Of a stretch of 35,246 nucleotides of DNA, positions 23,776-33,080 are shown one piece after another (the stretch's first letter is position 1; every line of letters begins with the position of its first letter). Position numbers and translations under genes: made by a program. The notes below the pieces were generated by a model, which was not told the origin of the DNA, made no database searches, and saw only the letters and a list, made by a program, of their open reading frames with translations. The stretch covers positions 1 to 35,246 of the forward strand of contig CAYZHG010000106.1 in NCBI GenBank assembly GCA_964477455.1. The letters are read 5' to 3'. The stretch is from an uncultured Gammaproteobacteria bacterium. GTDB taxonomy: Bacteria; Patescibacteriota; Patescibacteriia; Magasanikbacterales; GWA2-37-8.

Positions 23776-24219
23776 TTAGAATCCAAAATGACGACGATGT
23801 AATCCTTGGTGCTTTTTTCCGTGAGTTGAAAAAAGTTTTAATTTTGCATCCATTTGATCTTGGGTAATCTGACCAGACTGCACTTGAGAGGCAAATTGTT
23901 GTTTGACGTTGTTTAAAGTTCTAGTGTGGTAATTAACCATTTTTTGTTTAAGTTGTTCGTGACTTAGTCCATTTTCCTGAGCAATTTGTAACGGTTGTTT
24001 GCCGGACTTTAGTTCAGTTTGAAGCTGGTCAGTAGTGATGCCCAATATTTGAGCTAATTCATTTAAACGTGCGTTCCTACGGTCTTGTCTGTTTAGCTGA
24101 CGTTGAATTATGGTGGTTGATGTTGTGGGTATATCGGTGGCTGCAGAAACGGCAGTTACAGTAATGGCTGAAATTGCGATAGATCCAATGGTAAATACGG
24201 TAATGATTGTTTTTCGCAT
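23776..24219 (-). CDS. hypothetical secreted or membrane-anchored helical protein (repeated ..QL motifs, His/Arg-rich tail)
   Basis: 147 aa. N-terminal hydrophobic segment, repeats TTDQLQTELK and LSHEQLKQKM, and the tail KKHQGLHRRHFGF. I do not recognise a family with confidence. Confidence 0.55.
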   Translation of the reverse strand: MRKTIITVFTIGSIAISAITVTAVSAATDIPTTSTTIIQRQLNRQDRRNARLNELAQILGITTDQLQTELKSGKQPLQIAQENGLSHEQLKQKMVNYHTRTLNNVKQQFASQVQSGQITQDQMDAKLKLFSTHGKKHQGLHRRHFGF

Positions 24220-24308
24220 ATTATTTCAATTTAATAATTAGTTACTCGACCTTTAATAATATTACATTTCGAAGTAGCTAGTTATTTCATAATCATAAAT
24301 TTGAAAAC

Positions 24309-24337
24309 AAAAAAACTCCTCGATTTTCTCGAGAAGT
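24309..24337 (-). terminator. intrinsic terminator of the VIT-family gene
   Basis: The minus-strand RNA folds as ACUUCUCGA-gaaaa-UCGAGGAGU followed by a U7 run. One pair is G-U on the minus strand only, which supports this strand. Confidence 0.6.
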
Positions 24338-24351
24338 TTCTTTCCAAGACA

Positions 24352-25047
24352 TTAAGTGATCAAATGTGCAATGAAATAAGCCACTGTAGCAGCCAATCCA
24401 CCAATGCTGGCCGTTCGAATGGCACCTTTGAGTGGGCTGATGCCAATAATCTTAGCTTTGGTATAGCCAAAAATTGTCAAAGCGATGAGAGTAAATATAG
24501 AAGAATAAAATAAAGCCAAATTTGGTTCAGAAACAAAAATATAAGGACCAAGTGGTATGATACCTCCGATGATATATGACACGGCTATAGTCACTGAGCT
24601 AATTGCTGCTCTATTTTTATCAGGAGCTTCTAAATTTAGTTCATTGCGCATCATAAAATCTACCCAGGCATCTGGTTTTTTTTCAAAAGCATCTACGATT
24701 GGTTTGGCTTCTTCTTTGGTCAATCCGTAAGTTTCAAAAATTTCTATTACTTCGGATTTTTCTTTTTCTGGCATGGTTTTAACCTCGTTTATTTCTCTTT
24801 GTTTTTCACTAAAATAATGGTCGTATTCATTTTTTGCCGCCAGATAACCACCAAGACCCATAGAGATGGAACCGGCAGCAATTTCCGCAAAAACAGCCGC
24901 CATAATAATGGAATTGTGGGAAACGACGCCAGATAGACCTGCAGCCAAAGCAAATGGTACTGTCAAACCATCGGACATACCGATGATGATATCGCGAACT
25001 ACTGCTGTTGCGGTAAAATGATTTTCAGAGTGAATATTATTTTTCAT
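24352..25047 (-). CDS. VIT1/CCC1 family iron/manganese transporter
   Basis: 231 aa. Contains VRDIIIGMSDGLTVPFALAAGLSG, a central acidic cytoplasmic helix region and C-terminal TM helices. Confidence 0.87.
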   Translation of the reverse strand: MKNNIHSENHFTATAVVRDIIIGMSDGLTVPFALAAGLSGVVSHNSIIMAAVFAEIAAGSISMGLGGYLAAKNEYDHYFSEKQREINEVKTMPEKEKSEVIEIFETYGLTKEEAKPIVDAFEKKPDAWVDFMMRNELNLEAPDKNRAAISSVTIAVSYIIGGIIPLGPYIFVSEPNLALFYSSIFTLIALTIFGYTKAKIIGISPLKGAIRTASIGGLAATVAYFIAHLIT

Positions 25048-25158
25048 ATAGTTATATTATACCAAATTAGTCAGAAAAGAAAAGGATTTTATCAATATGA
25101 CTTTACGAGCAGAAAATTTGTGTTATACTGATATTAGTTGTAATTAATTGTTATTTTT

Positions 25159-26799
25159 ATGAAAGCATCTGATTTGTTTGTAAAGTGCTTGGAGGCCGAA
25201 GGGGTAAAAATTATTTTTGGCGTACCGGGAGAAGAAAATTTGGATATGATGGAATCATTACGCAATTCCACCATTCGATTCGTGACGACTAGACATGAAC
25301 AGGCGGCTGTTTTTATGGCGGCGACCATGGGTCGTCTGACTGGAAAAACAGGCGTCGCATTATCGACTCTTGGGCCCGGAGCAACCAATCTAGTTACTGG
25401 AGTTGCGTATGCTCAATTGGGTGGAATGCCATTGCTTGTAATTACCGGTCAAAAACCGATTCGCAAAAGCAAGCAAGGGCGTTTTCAAATTATAGATGTG
25501 GTAGAAATGATGAAGCCACTTACCAAAATGACTGAAACCGTAGTAAGTGCGGATCGTATTCCCAGTTTAGTGCGTCAAGCTTTCAAATTGGCTGAGTCTG
25601 AACGTCCAGGTGCGGTCCATTTGGAGTTGCCAGAAGATATCGCCGTTGATAACTCAGAAGTATTACCAATCGCTCCAATTAAGGTTCGTCGTTCTGGTCC
25701 AGATCCTAAAGCTGTTCAACAAGCCGTTGACCTAATCACCAAAGCAAAGTCACCGGTGTTATTAATTGCCGCTGGAGCCAATCGCAAATTAATTAGAAAA
25801 AATTTGCAAGCTTTAATCGACAAAACAAACATTCCCTTTGTTACTACTCAAATGGGTAAAGGTGTTATCGACGAAACGAGTGAACTATATTTAGGAACTA
25901 CCGCTTTGAGTGCCGGTGATTATGTTCATTGTGCTTTGGCACAATCCGATTGTGTTGTTGTAGTAGGGCATGACATTACAGAAAAACCTCCAGTGGTATT
26001 GATTTCGCAGGAACGAAGTGTGATTCATATAAATTTTAATGAAGCAGAAGTGGACGATGTATATATTCCTACTTTAGAAATTGTGGGTGATGTGTCGCAT
26101 TCGCTCTGGGCTATTTCCGAAAATATTTCTGCTCAAGCACATTGGGATTTTACCAATTTTAATAAATTTAAAAATAAATTGCTCACGCATTTGTCAGAAA
26201 AAACTGATAGTGATTCTTTCCCTGTTAAGCCTCAGCGTTTGATAAAAGATTTGCGTGATGTTTTGCCAGCCGATGGGATATTAGCTCTAGACAATGGAAT
26301 GTATAAAATTTGGATTGCACGAAATTATTTTGCTCGTGAACAGAATACAGTTTTGTTGGATAATGCACTGGCTACTATGGGGGCTGGATTGCCAGCGGCG
26401 ATGGCGGCAAAACTGGTGGATCCTAGTAAGCCGGTGATTGCTGTAGTTGGTGATGGTGGTTTTATGATGTCGGCACAAGAGCTCGAAACAGCGCAACGTT
26501 TAGGATTAAATTTGGTTGTTTTGATTATCAATGATAATGGTTTTGGTATGATTAAATGGAAACAGGCCGGCAATAAAATGGAGGATTTTGCCTTGTCGTT
26601 TTCAAACCCAGATTTTGTAAAGTTTGCGGAAAGTTTTGGCATTCAAGGAGTTCGAATTAATAACACAGCTGAATTAGCACCGGCCTTAAAACGCGGTTTA
26701 TCACACCCAGGAATATTTTTAATTGATTGTCCAATTGATTATAGTGAAAATAATATTGTATTCAATCAAGAATTAAAAAATGATCTTTGTAAAATATAA
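25159..26799 (+). CDS. thiamine-diphosphate enzyme of the acetolactate synthase / 2-oxoacid decarboxylase family
   Basis: 546 aa. N-terminal GVKIIFGVPGEENL, plus the TPP-binding motif GDGGFMMSAQELETA...NDNGFGMI. Confidence 0.88.
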   Translation: MKASDLFVKCLEAEGVKIIFGVPGEENLDMMESLRNSTIRFVTTRHEQAAVFMAATMGRLTGKTGVALSTLGPGATNLVTGVAYAQLGGMPLLVITGQKPIRKSKQGRFQIIDVVEMMKPLTKMTETVVSADRIPSLVRQAFKLAESERPGAVHLELPEDIAVDNSEVLPIAPIKVRRSGPDPKAVQQAVDLITKAKSPVLLIAAGANRKLIRKNLQALIDKTNIPFVTTQMGKGVIDETSELYLGTTALSAGDYVHCALAQSDCVVVVGHDITEKPPVVLISQERSVIHINFNEAEVDDVYIPTLEIVGDVSHSLWAISENISAQAHWDFTNFNKFKNKLLTHLSEKTDSDSFPVKPQRLIKDLRDVLPADGILALDNGMYKIWIARNYFAREQNTVLLDNALATMGAGLPAAMAAKLVDPSKPVIAVVGDGGFMMSAQELETAQRLGLNLVVLIINDNGFGMIKWKQAGNKMEDFALSFSNPDFVKFAESFGIQGVRINNTAELAPALKRGLSHPGIFLIDCPIDYSENNIVFNQELKNDLCKI

Positions 26800-26802
26800 A
26801 AT

Positions 26803-28173
26803 ATGAGTATTATTTCTGCCAGTCCAGCCACATTGGAAGTGTTCAAGGAGTTTGACGAACTTACTGAGGTTGAATTAGAAAATAAATTGGCCAAATCACA
26901 GGCGACTTTTTTGGAGTGGAGAAAAATTTCTTTTGAACATCGCGCACAATTGATGCACAAAGCAGCGGAAATTTTGCGTGAACAAAAAAAAGAATTAGCC
27001 GTACTGATGGCGCAAGAAATGGGTAAGGTATTAAAATTTGGTGAAGGAGAAATCGAAAAATGTGCATCTGTTTGTGATTATTATGCTGACAATGCGCAAA
27101 GTTTTTTATCTCCAGAAATAATTCCGACAGAATCTAAAGAAAGTTATGTTCGATTTGATTCACTCGGTCCCGTGTTGGCAGTAATGCCTTGGAATTTTCC
27201 TTTTTGGCAAGTGCTACGTTTTGCCGCGCCAGCTTTAATGGCTGGAAATGTTGGATTGCTTAAACATGCTTCCAACGTTCCGCGTTGCGCTTTGGCAATT
27301 GAAGATATTTTTGTGAAGAGTGGTTTTCCAGATGGTGCTTTTCAAACATTGCTGATTGGTGCTAAACGAGTAGAATCAATTATCAGTGATGAGCGAGTAG
27401 TGGCAGTAACTTTGACCGGAAGTGAATTGGCCGGTAGTCAGGTGGCCGCAACAGCTGGTAAAGCTTTGAAAAAAAGTGTTCTGGAGTTGGGTGGGAGTGA
27501 CCCGTTTATTGTTTTGGCTGACGCTGATTTGGAAAAAGCAATCGAAAGTGCGGCCAATGCCCGACTACAAAATAATGTTGGTCAGAGTTGTATTGCGGCT
27601 AAACGGTTTATTGTGGCCGAATCAATCGCGGCTGATTTTACTGCCGGTCTGGTTAAAAAATTTATAGATTTAAAAATCGGCAATCCCTTGGATTTCGACA
27701 CTCAAGTTGGACCATTGGTTTCTCTACAAAGTCTCGAAGGAATTGAATTGCAAGTAGAAAAATCAATCGCTCTTGGTGCAAAATTGGAATGTGGGGGTAA
27801 ACGAGTAGGTGAGGTCGGATATTTTTATGAGCCAGTAGTTTTGAGTAACGTTAAAAAAGGAATGCCAGTTTTTGATGAAGAAGTTTTTGGGCCAGTGGCT
27901 CCAGTAATAACATTCAAAGATATTGATGAAGCGATAAAAATGGCCAATGATTGTCAATATGGTCTTGGTGCGACTATTTTTACCCGTGATATTGAATTGG
28001 CTAAAACGTTGGCAGGACAAATTGAAAGCGGTGCAGTGTTTATCAACGGAGCGGTAAAGTCGGATGTGAGGTTACCTTTTGGTGGCATAAAAAAATCAGG
28101 TTTTGGGAGAGAGCTTGGTTCGTATGGTATCAAAGAATTTGTGAATATTAAGACGGTGGTGATAAATGGATAG
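26803..28173 (+). CDS. NAD(P)-dependent aldehyde dehydrogenase, succinate-semialdehyde dehydrogenase-like
   Basis: 456 aa. Contains PWNFPFWQ, LELGGSDPFIV and the catalytic Cys context GQSCIAAKR. Starts 3 nt after the upstream stop. Confidence 0.9.
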   Translation: MSIISASPATLEVFKEFDELTEVELENKLAKSQATFLEWRKISFEHRAQLMHKAAEILREQKKELAVLMAQEMGKVLKFGEGEIEKCASVCDYYADNAQSFLSPEIIPTESKESYVRFDSLGPVLAVMPWNFPFWQVLRFAAPALMAGNVGLLKHASNVPRCALAIEDIFVKSGFPDGAFQTLLIGAKRVESIISDERVVAVTLTGSELAGSQVAATAGKALKKSVLELGGSDPFIVLADADLEKAIESAANARLQNNVGQSCIAAKRFIVAESIAADFTAGLVKKFIDLKIGNPLDFDTQVGPLVSLQSLEGIELQVEKSIALGAKLECGGKRVGEVGYFYEPVVLSNVKKGMPVFDEEVFGPVAPVITFKDIDEAIKMANDCQYGLGATIFTRDIELAKTLAGQIESGAVFINGAVKSDVRLPFGGIKKSGFGRELGSYGIKEFVNIKTVVING

Positions 28174-28261
28174 TAGGTTTGTTAACATTTTATTATTTAC
28201 AAAATTGATTAAATTCTATATAATACTGACTTAGTATAATTTATTTAAATATTTGAACACT

Positions 28262-28801
28262 ATGTGTCATGAAAATGGTGGAACTATGCACTCAATGCAT
28301 GGAAAAATGAGAGATTTTGGCTTGTTGGCTTTGCGTTTAGCAATCGCTTTTGTCTTTATTTACAATGGCTATGGTAAAATTTTCACTAACCATGCAATGG
28401 CTAGTGGTATGTTTGGAAAATTAATTGGACCAGAATCAGCTGGATCTTTCTGGGCATACTTTGTTGGTAGTGCAGAATTTTTTGGTGGCTTAATGGTATT
28501 GTTAGGTGTATTTGCCACTTATGCCGCTGCTTGGTTGTCTGTGATCATGGTAGTAGCTATTTTCACTGCTCATTGGGGTGGTCCGATAAATGGTTATTTC
28601 TTGGTTGTATCATTATTAGGAGGCTGTTTGGCTTTATTGGGAAATGGCGCTGGCCGTTTTCGTTTGGTCAAAAAAGAATGTTGCTGTCCTGAATGTAAGG
28701 CAATGTGTTCTGATAAACATGAGGATGCAAAAGTAGTTGGCAAAGGTGATGATGCTGACGATTGTTGTAGTGGTGGTGGTTGTTGCGGAGACAAAAAATA
28801 A
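28262..28801 (+). CDS. DoxX family membrane protein with Cys/His/Met-rich termini
   Basis: The DoxX core is LLALRLAIAFVFIYNGYGK followed by 4 TM helices. The N-terminus is MCHENGGTMHSMHGKM. The C-terminal tail is KKECCCPECKAMCSD...DDCCSGGGCCGDKK. The track start at 28253 is a TTG. Confidence 0.75.
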   Translation: MCHENGGTMHSMHGKMRDFGLLALRLAIAFVFIYNGYGKIFTNHAMASGMFGKLIGPESAGSFWAYFVGSAEFFGGLMVLLGVFATYAAAWLSVIMVVAIFTAHWGGPINGYFLVVSLLGGCLALLGNGAGRFRLVKKECCCPECKAMCSDKHEDAKVVGKGDDADDCCSGGGCCGDKK

Positions 28802-28810
28802 TTTTCAAAC

Positions 28811-28923
28811 AAAATAAAACACCGGATATTGTTACTTTAAAGCGGGTTATGAAGCCGAGGCTTCATCCCTGAGTCCTCGCGGACGAGGAAAGCGTAAAGT
28901 AATAATATCCGGTGTTTTATTTT
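28811..28923. repeat. copy B of the conserved two-hairpin core enclosed by a 24-29-bp terminator-like outer stem
   Basis: The outer stem 28816-28839/28895-28918 is perfect apart from one G-U pair and can extend to 28811/28923. The interior 28840-28894 matches the reverse complement of 4652-4710. Confidence 0.65.
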
Positions 28924-30689
28924 TCCAAATTTTGGATGTCTTCTTGAATTTTTAACCATTCGTCTTCTTTGGCTTTTGTTTCTTTGTCGAGGTCACCAAG
29001 GTGTCGATAATCATCTAGTGAAAATGCTTGTGGGTCTTTGGCTTGTTTGCGCATAAGGCGCATTTTTTCTTTTTCAAGGTCAAAGATATCATCTTCGATT
29101 TTTTTTAATTTCTTTTTTTCAGTTTTGATGTCTTCATAACGCTGTTTTTTTTCGTCGTCCGTTTTGGCTGGTTTTATTTTTATGATTTCTTCGGTTTGTT
29201 GAGGTCCGATGGATTGTTCTAAATTATAGACGTATTCTTCGTACGTTCCAGGGTAGCGACGAACTTCGCCATTTTTCACTTCAACGATCATCGTGGCGAT
29301 AGAGTTTACAAAGGTGCGGTTATGACTAATGAAAAGTACTGTTCCGTTGAATTCTTCTAATGCTAAGCCCAGCGCTTCCACGGTTTCAAAATCCAAATGG
29401 TTGGTCGGTTCGTCCAGTAACAGAACCTTACTTTTGGAAAGCAAAATACTAGCAAGACACAAGCGCGCTTTTTCTCCACCACTTAACACCGAAATATCTT
29501 TTTCCAGATCTCCATCTTTGAATAAAAAATTTCCCGCCATTTTTAAAATCTCCTCATCATTGATATCGCTTGGTGCGTTGGTGCGCAAATGTGACCAGAC
29601 TTTTTGTTCTGGATCCAAAGCGTTTGGTACATGTTGAGCGTAATAGGCAAAGGTGCTATCTACCGCCCATTTGAATTTACCACCAATAGGTGAAAGTTCA
29701 TTGGCCAAAGTTTTCAGAAATGTGGTTTTGCCTTGACCGTTATCACCAAGAATAGCGACGTGTTCACCACGATCAATATCAAGGGTAATGTTTTCGGCAA
29801 TCGTTTTGTTTGGATAACCAATTGCTAATTTTTCACAACGGAATAAAAGACCTTTTTTGGTTTCTATGTTTGGTATTTTAATACGTACGGTTGTGAGTGG
29901 ACTTTGAATGTCTAATTTTTGAAGTTTTTCAATAGCCTTTAATTTACTCTGAGCTTGTGAAGCCTTGCTGGCTTTGTAGCGAAATTTATCAACAAAATCT
30001 TGCAGATGTCTTTGTTCGCGTTCAATTTTTTTATTATATAATTTGGCAAAAGCGAGGCGCTCTTCTTTGTAGGCCAAATATTCATCTATTGGTCGAGGAA
30101 ATAATGTCAGATTACCATGTTCAATTTCCAGCGTTTGTTCGCAGGTGCGTTTTAAGAATTCGCGATCATGTGAAATAATTAAAAATGATTCACTGTAGTC
30201 GCGTAAAAATTTTTCTAATAAAAGCTGAGTATGAACATCGAGATAATTAGTAGGTTCATCAAGTAAAAAAAGATTTGGCTCTTTGAGCAACATCGATGAC
30301 AGTCGAATTCGCATTTGATAACCACCCGAAAGTGTAGAAAGTTTCGTAGTTAATAACTCATTTTTAATTTCAAATTTTCCTGCCACTTTGGAACACTGCC
30401 AAGTTTCTTTTTGTGTAGTGCGTTCCAAAAATTCCAGCACCGTTTCGTCTGGATCAATCAGTTCATGTTGTTCTAAATATCCCAAGCGCGTAATTGGTTG
30501 TATCGCGATGATCCCAGTATCTTGAGTTTCTTGACCAACGATCATTCTAAAAAGCGTGGACTTGCCAGCACCATTGCGACCAATCACACCAATCTTTTGT
30601 TTCGTGTGAATTGCCAAATCAGCATCTTTAAAAAGTGCTTGTTGATGATATGATTTATTTAATTTTTCTATCGTAAGTAGAGTGGCCAT
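28917..30689 (-). CDS. ABC-F family ATPase (two ABC cassettes, no TM domain; translation-factor type)
   Basis: 590 aa. Walker A GRNGAGKST and GDNGQGKTT, signatures LSGGYQMR and LSGGEKAR, and a Lys/Glu-rich coiled-coil C-terminus. Confidence 0.9.
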   Translation of the reverse strand: MATLLTIEKLNKSYHQQALFKDADLAIHTKQKIGVIGRNGAGKSTLFRMIVGQETQDTGIIAIQPITRLGYLEQHELIDPDETVLEFLERTTQKETWQCSKVAGKFEIKNELLTTKLSTLSGGYQMRIRLSSMLLKEPNLFLLDEPTNYLDVHTQLLLEKFLRDYSESFLIISHDREFLKRTCEQTLEIEHGNLTLFPRPIDEYLAYKEERLAFAKLYNKKIEREQRHLQDFVDKFRYKASKASQAQSKLKAIEKLQKLDIQSPLTTVRIKIPNIETKKGLLFRCEKLAIGYPNKTIAENITLDIDRGEHVAILGDNGQGKTTFLKTLANELSPIGGKFKWAVDSTFAYYAQHVPNALDPEQKVWSHLRTNAPSDINDEEILKMAGNFLFKDGDLEKDISVLSGGEKARLCLASILLSKSKVLLLDEPTNHLDFETVEALGLALEEFNGTVLFISHNRTFVNSIATMIVEVKNGEVRRYPGTYEEYVYNLEQSIGPQQTEEIIKIKPAKTDDEKKQRYEDIKTEKKKLKKIEDDIFDLEKEKMRLMRKQAKDPQAFSLDDYRHLGDLDKETKAKEDEWLKIQEDIQNLEK

Positions 30690-30729
30690 ATGGGAGCAAG
30701 GTTATCAGAAATATTGGTGTTTGTAAACT

Positions 30730-30763
30730 AAAAAAAAATAGCCCCATTTTATTGGGGCTATTT
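30730..30763 (-). terminator. intrinsic terminator of the glucosaminidase gene
   Basis: ATAGCCCCA-ttttat-TGGGGCTAT stem. On the minus strand it is followed by a U8 run. Confidence 0.7.
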
Positions 30764-30773
30764 GATAAATGTA

Positions 30774-31367
30774 TTAAACCATTTCCATGATGTCTATTAC
30801 CTCAGCTGGATAGGTTGGCATCACTGTACCGTTGTAGTACCATAATTTTTTCTTGGTATCGGCATTTTTATAATAACGAGCAGTGTTTGGATTGAAACCA
30901 CCCAAATTGCTAGTCACTACATCAATCGCTTCACTAAAATCATTAAATTTAATTTTTGCAGAACCCCAACCAAATGGGTTGTTGTTCATCATATGTTTTC
31001 CACCAGATGATTCACGCACACCAATAGCGGCTATTAATCTCCAATCAACATTGTATTTGTTGGCGGCACGAACAAACTCTATTCCATAACCAGCCAAAGG
31101 CATATCACGTTTAGAGAAATAAGCATCTAATCTTTGAGCTTTTTTCACATCTTCTTCTGAATCAAGATTTTCATCTACATTTAAATCCGTAGCAAAGATC
31201 GTGCTATGTATAGTATCAAAGGTTGTGGTTGACTCAATTATTGGAGAAAAGGCCGGATTGATAGTTTTTGCTCCAACTGCTACTGGATTAGCCAAAATTA
31301 GCATAATAGCCAATATTTTGGCTAAATATTGAGCAACTGTAAGCTTGTTGGTTTTTAAGATATTCAT
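30774..31367 (-). CDS. secreted peptidoglycan hydrolase, glucosaminidase (GH73/FlgJ-like) domain
   Basis: 197 aa with a signal peptide. Contains YNVDWRLIAAIGVRESSGGKHMMNNNPFGWG. Confidence 0.78.
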   Translation of the reverse strand: MNILKTNKLTVAQYLAKILAIMLILANPVAVGAKTINPAFSPIIESTTTFDTIHSTIFATDLNVDENLDSEEDVKKAQRLDAYFSKRDMPLAGYGIEFVRAANKYNVDWRLIAAIGVRESSGGKHMMNNNPFGWGSAKIKFNDFSEAIDVVTSNLGGFNPNTARYYKNADTKKKLWYYNGTVMPTYPAEVIDIMEMV

Positions 31368-31578
31368 AAATGTTTTTTAATTAAAAAGAACACCTTACCG
31401 GCGCCCTTTTGATAAATAACGTTTGATTATAGCACTAAAGTACGATTTTGTCAATGGGGCAGTGGTCATTTTTAGTAATTATTTGGCTGTAATTAGCCAA
31501 ATATGAGTATTTACTACCGGCCATAAAACTTGAACTTTTCTCATATTTGCTGTAGTATCACTATATTATATTAAATTT

Positions 31579-32559
31579 ATGGCTGAATCATTTTGGAACA
31601 AATTAAAAAAGCCAATCTTCGTTTTAGCACCGATGGCCAATGTCACCGATGTGGCTTTTCGTCGTCTAATCGCTAAATATGGCAAACCAGACGTGACTTG
31701 GACCGAGTTTGTATCTTGCGATGGACTCATGTCTAAAGGGCGAGAGCACCTTTTGATAGATTTGGCCTACGATGAAAGTGAGCGTCCAATTGTGGCGCAA
31801 ATTTTTGGTTCAAAACCAGAAAATTTCTTCAAGACCGCTCAGCTTTTAAAAGAAATGGGCTTTGATGGGATTGATATCAACATGGGGTGTCCCGATAAAA
31901 ATGTAGAAAAACAAGGTGCGGGAGCGAATATGATGAAAAATCCAAAATTGGCACAGGAAGTAATATTGGCAACGAAGGAAGGATCTGGAGGTTTGCCGGT
32001 ATCAGTGAAAACTAGAATTGGTTATAGTAAAAATATGTTATCAGAATGGTTGCCGGTATTGTTTGAAACTAAGCTGGCCGCTATCACGGTGCATGCACGC
32101 ACACGCAAGGAGATGTCTTTGGTGCCAGCCCGCTGGGAGCATTTGAAAGAGGCGGTAGAAATTCGGGATGCTTTTGATAATTCATCAAATAAAACTTTAA
32201 TTTTGGGGAATGGTGATGTTAAAAATCTTACGGAAGCCTATCAAAGAGTAGAGGAGACAGGTTGTGATGGTGTGATGATTGGTCGTGGTGTATTTGGAAA
32301 TCCTTGGGTCTTTAATCGTGAAATGATTGGCAAAGAAGTGTCTGTTCAACAAAAATTAAAAGTAATGATTGAACACACTTATCTTTTTGAAAAATTATTG
32401 ACGGCTCACAAAGATTTTAATATTATGAAAAAGCATTATAAGGCCTATGTAAACGGTTTTGATAATGCCAAAGAATTGCGTATTGAGTTGATGGAAAATG
32501 CCGTTGATGCTAGCGCGGTAGAAAAAATAACAAACGAATTCATTGCAAAAAATTTTTAA
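31579..32559 (+). CDS. dus: tRNA-dihydrouridine synthase
   Basis: 326 aa. Contains LAPMANVTDVAFRRL, DINMGCP, VHARTR and GNGDV. Confidence 0.9.
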   Translation: MAESFWNKLKKPIFVLAPMANVTDVAFRRLIAKYGKPDVTWTEFVSCDGLMSKGREHLLIDLAYDESERPIVAQIFGSKPENFFKTAQLLKEMGFDGIDINMGCPDKNVEKQGAGANMMKNPKLAQEVILATKEGSGGLPVSVKTRIGYSKNMLSEWLPVLFETKLAAITVHARTRKEMSLVPARWEHLKEAVEIRDAFDNSSNKTLILGNGDVKNLTEAYQRVEETGCDGVMIGRGVFGNPWVFNREMIGKEVSVQQKLKVMIEHTYLFEKLLTAHKDFNIMKKHYKAYVNGFDNAKELRIELMENAVDASAVEKITNEFIAKNF

Positions 32560-32594
32560 TAGCTCTATACTATAATTAGTATTTAATTTTTTTT

Positions 32595-32966
32595 ATGAAA
32601 ATTCCAAAATTTTTTGAGGGCAGATTAAAAGGTGGTGATAAACCGGCCGAACAAACTGATTTAGAAAAATGGACAGGAGAGGTTGGGGAGGATACCAGTT
32701 TTCTTGCTTCAAGTGTTCAGGATAAAACACCAGAAACAAAAGTACCTCATTTGGAATTGGTAAAAAATGTGGAGGTTGTGCCAGTTGAAAAAGCAGTTGA
32801 TATGTCTGTTAAAAATGAAGCAGTAGAAAAAAGGAACGAATTGCTTTTAAAACTGAATGTTGCTCAAGAAGAAGCAAAAAAAGCTCTACATAATGTTGCT
32901 AATATTCGAGCGCAGTTGGAAGCCTTGGATGTTGATGATGCTAGAAATAAAGTACAAGCAGCTTAA
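32595..32966 (+). CDS. hypothetical acidic coiled-coil protein
   Basis: 123 aa with no recognisable motif. The call is supported only by ORF length, position and the terminator that follows. Confidence 0.5.
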   Translation: MKIPKFFEGRLKGGDKPAEQTDLEKWTGEVGEDTSFLASSVQDKTPETKVPHLELVKNVEVVPVEKAVDMSVKNEAVEKRNELLLKLNVAQEEAKKALHNVANIRAQLEALDVDDARNKVQAA

Positions 32967-32977
32967 AAACTGATATT

Positions 32978-33009
32978 AAAATCTTCGAGATAATCTCGGA
33001 GATTTTTTT
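32978..33009 (+). terminator. intrinsic terminator
   Basis: ATCTTCGAGA-taa-TCTCGGAGAT followed by TTTTTTT. Confidence 0.7.
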
Positions 33010-33040
33010 GTAGTATAAAATAGGACTTGTTGTATTTATA

Positions 33041-33069
33041 TTGACTTTCCACCATTTTTTTGTTAGTAT
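33041..33069 (+). promoter_or_regulatory. sigma70-type promoter for tRNA-Met
   Basis: TTGACT (33041-33046), a 17-nt spacer, then TAGTAT (33064-33069). The tRNA starts at 33081. The ATTGACTTT context matches the tRNA-Glu promoter. Confidence 0.5.
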
Positions 33070-33080
33070 AGCAATCACTT

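Noticed and set aside
28868-28894. Hammerhead-ribozyme look-alike CUGA-GUCC-UCGC-GGAC-GAGGAAAGC in element B (compare the textbook CUGAUGA-GUCC-GUGA-GGAC-GAAAC).
   Set aside because: The essential G8-A9 of the CUGAUGA box is missing, and the CUGA is not conserved in copy A (UUUCAGCC). The resemblance is therefore coincidental stem sequence.
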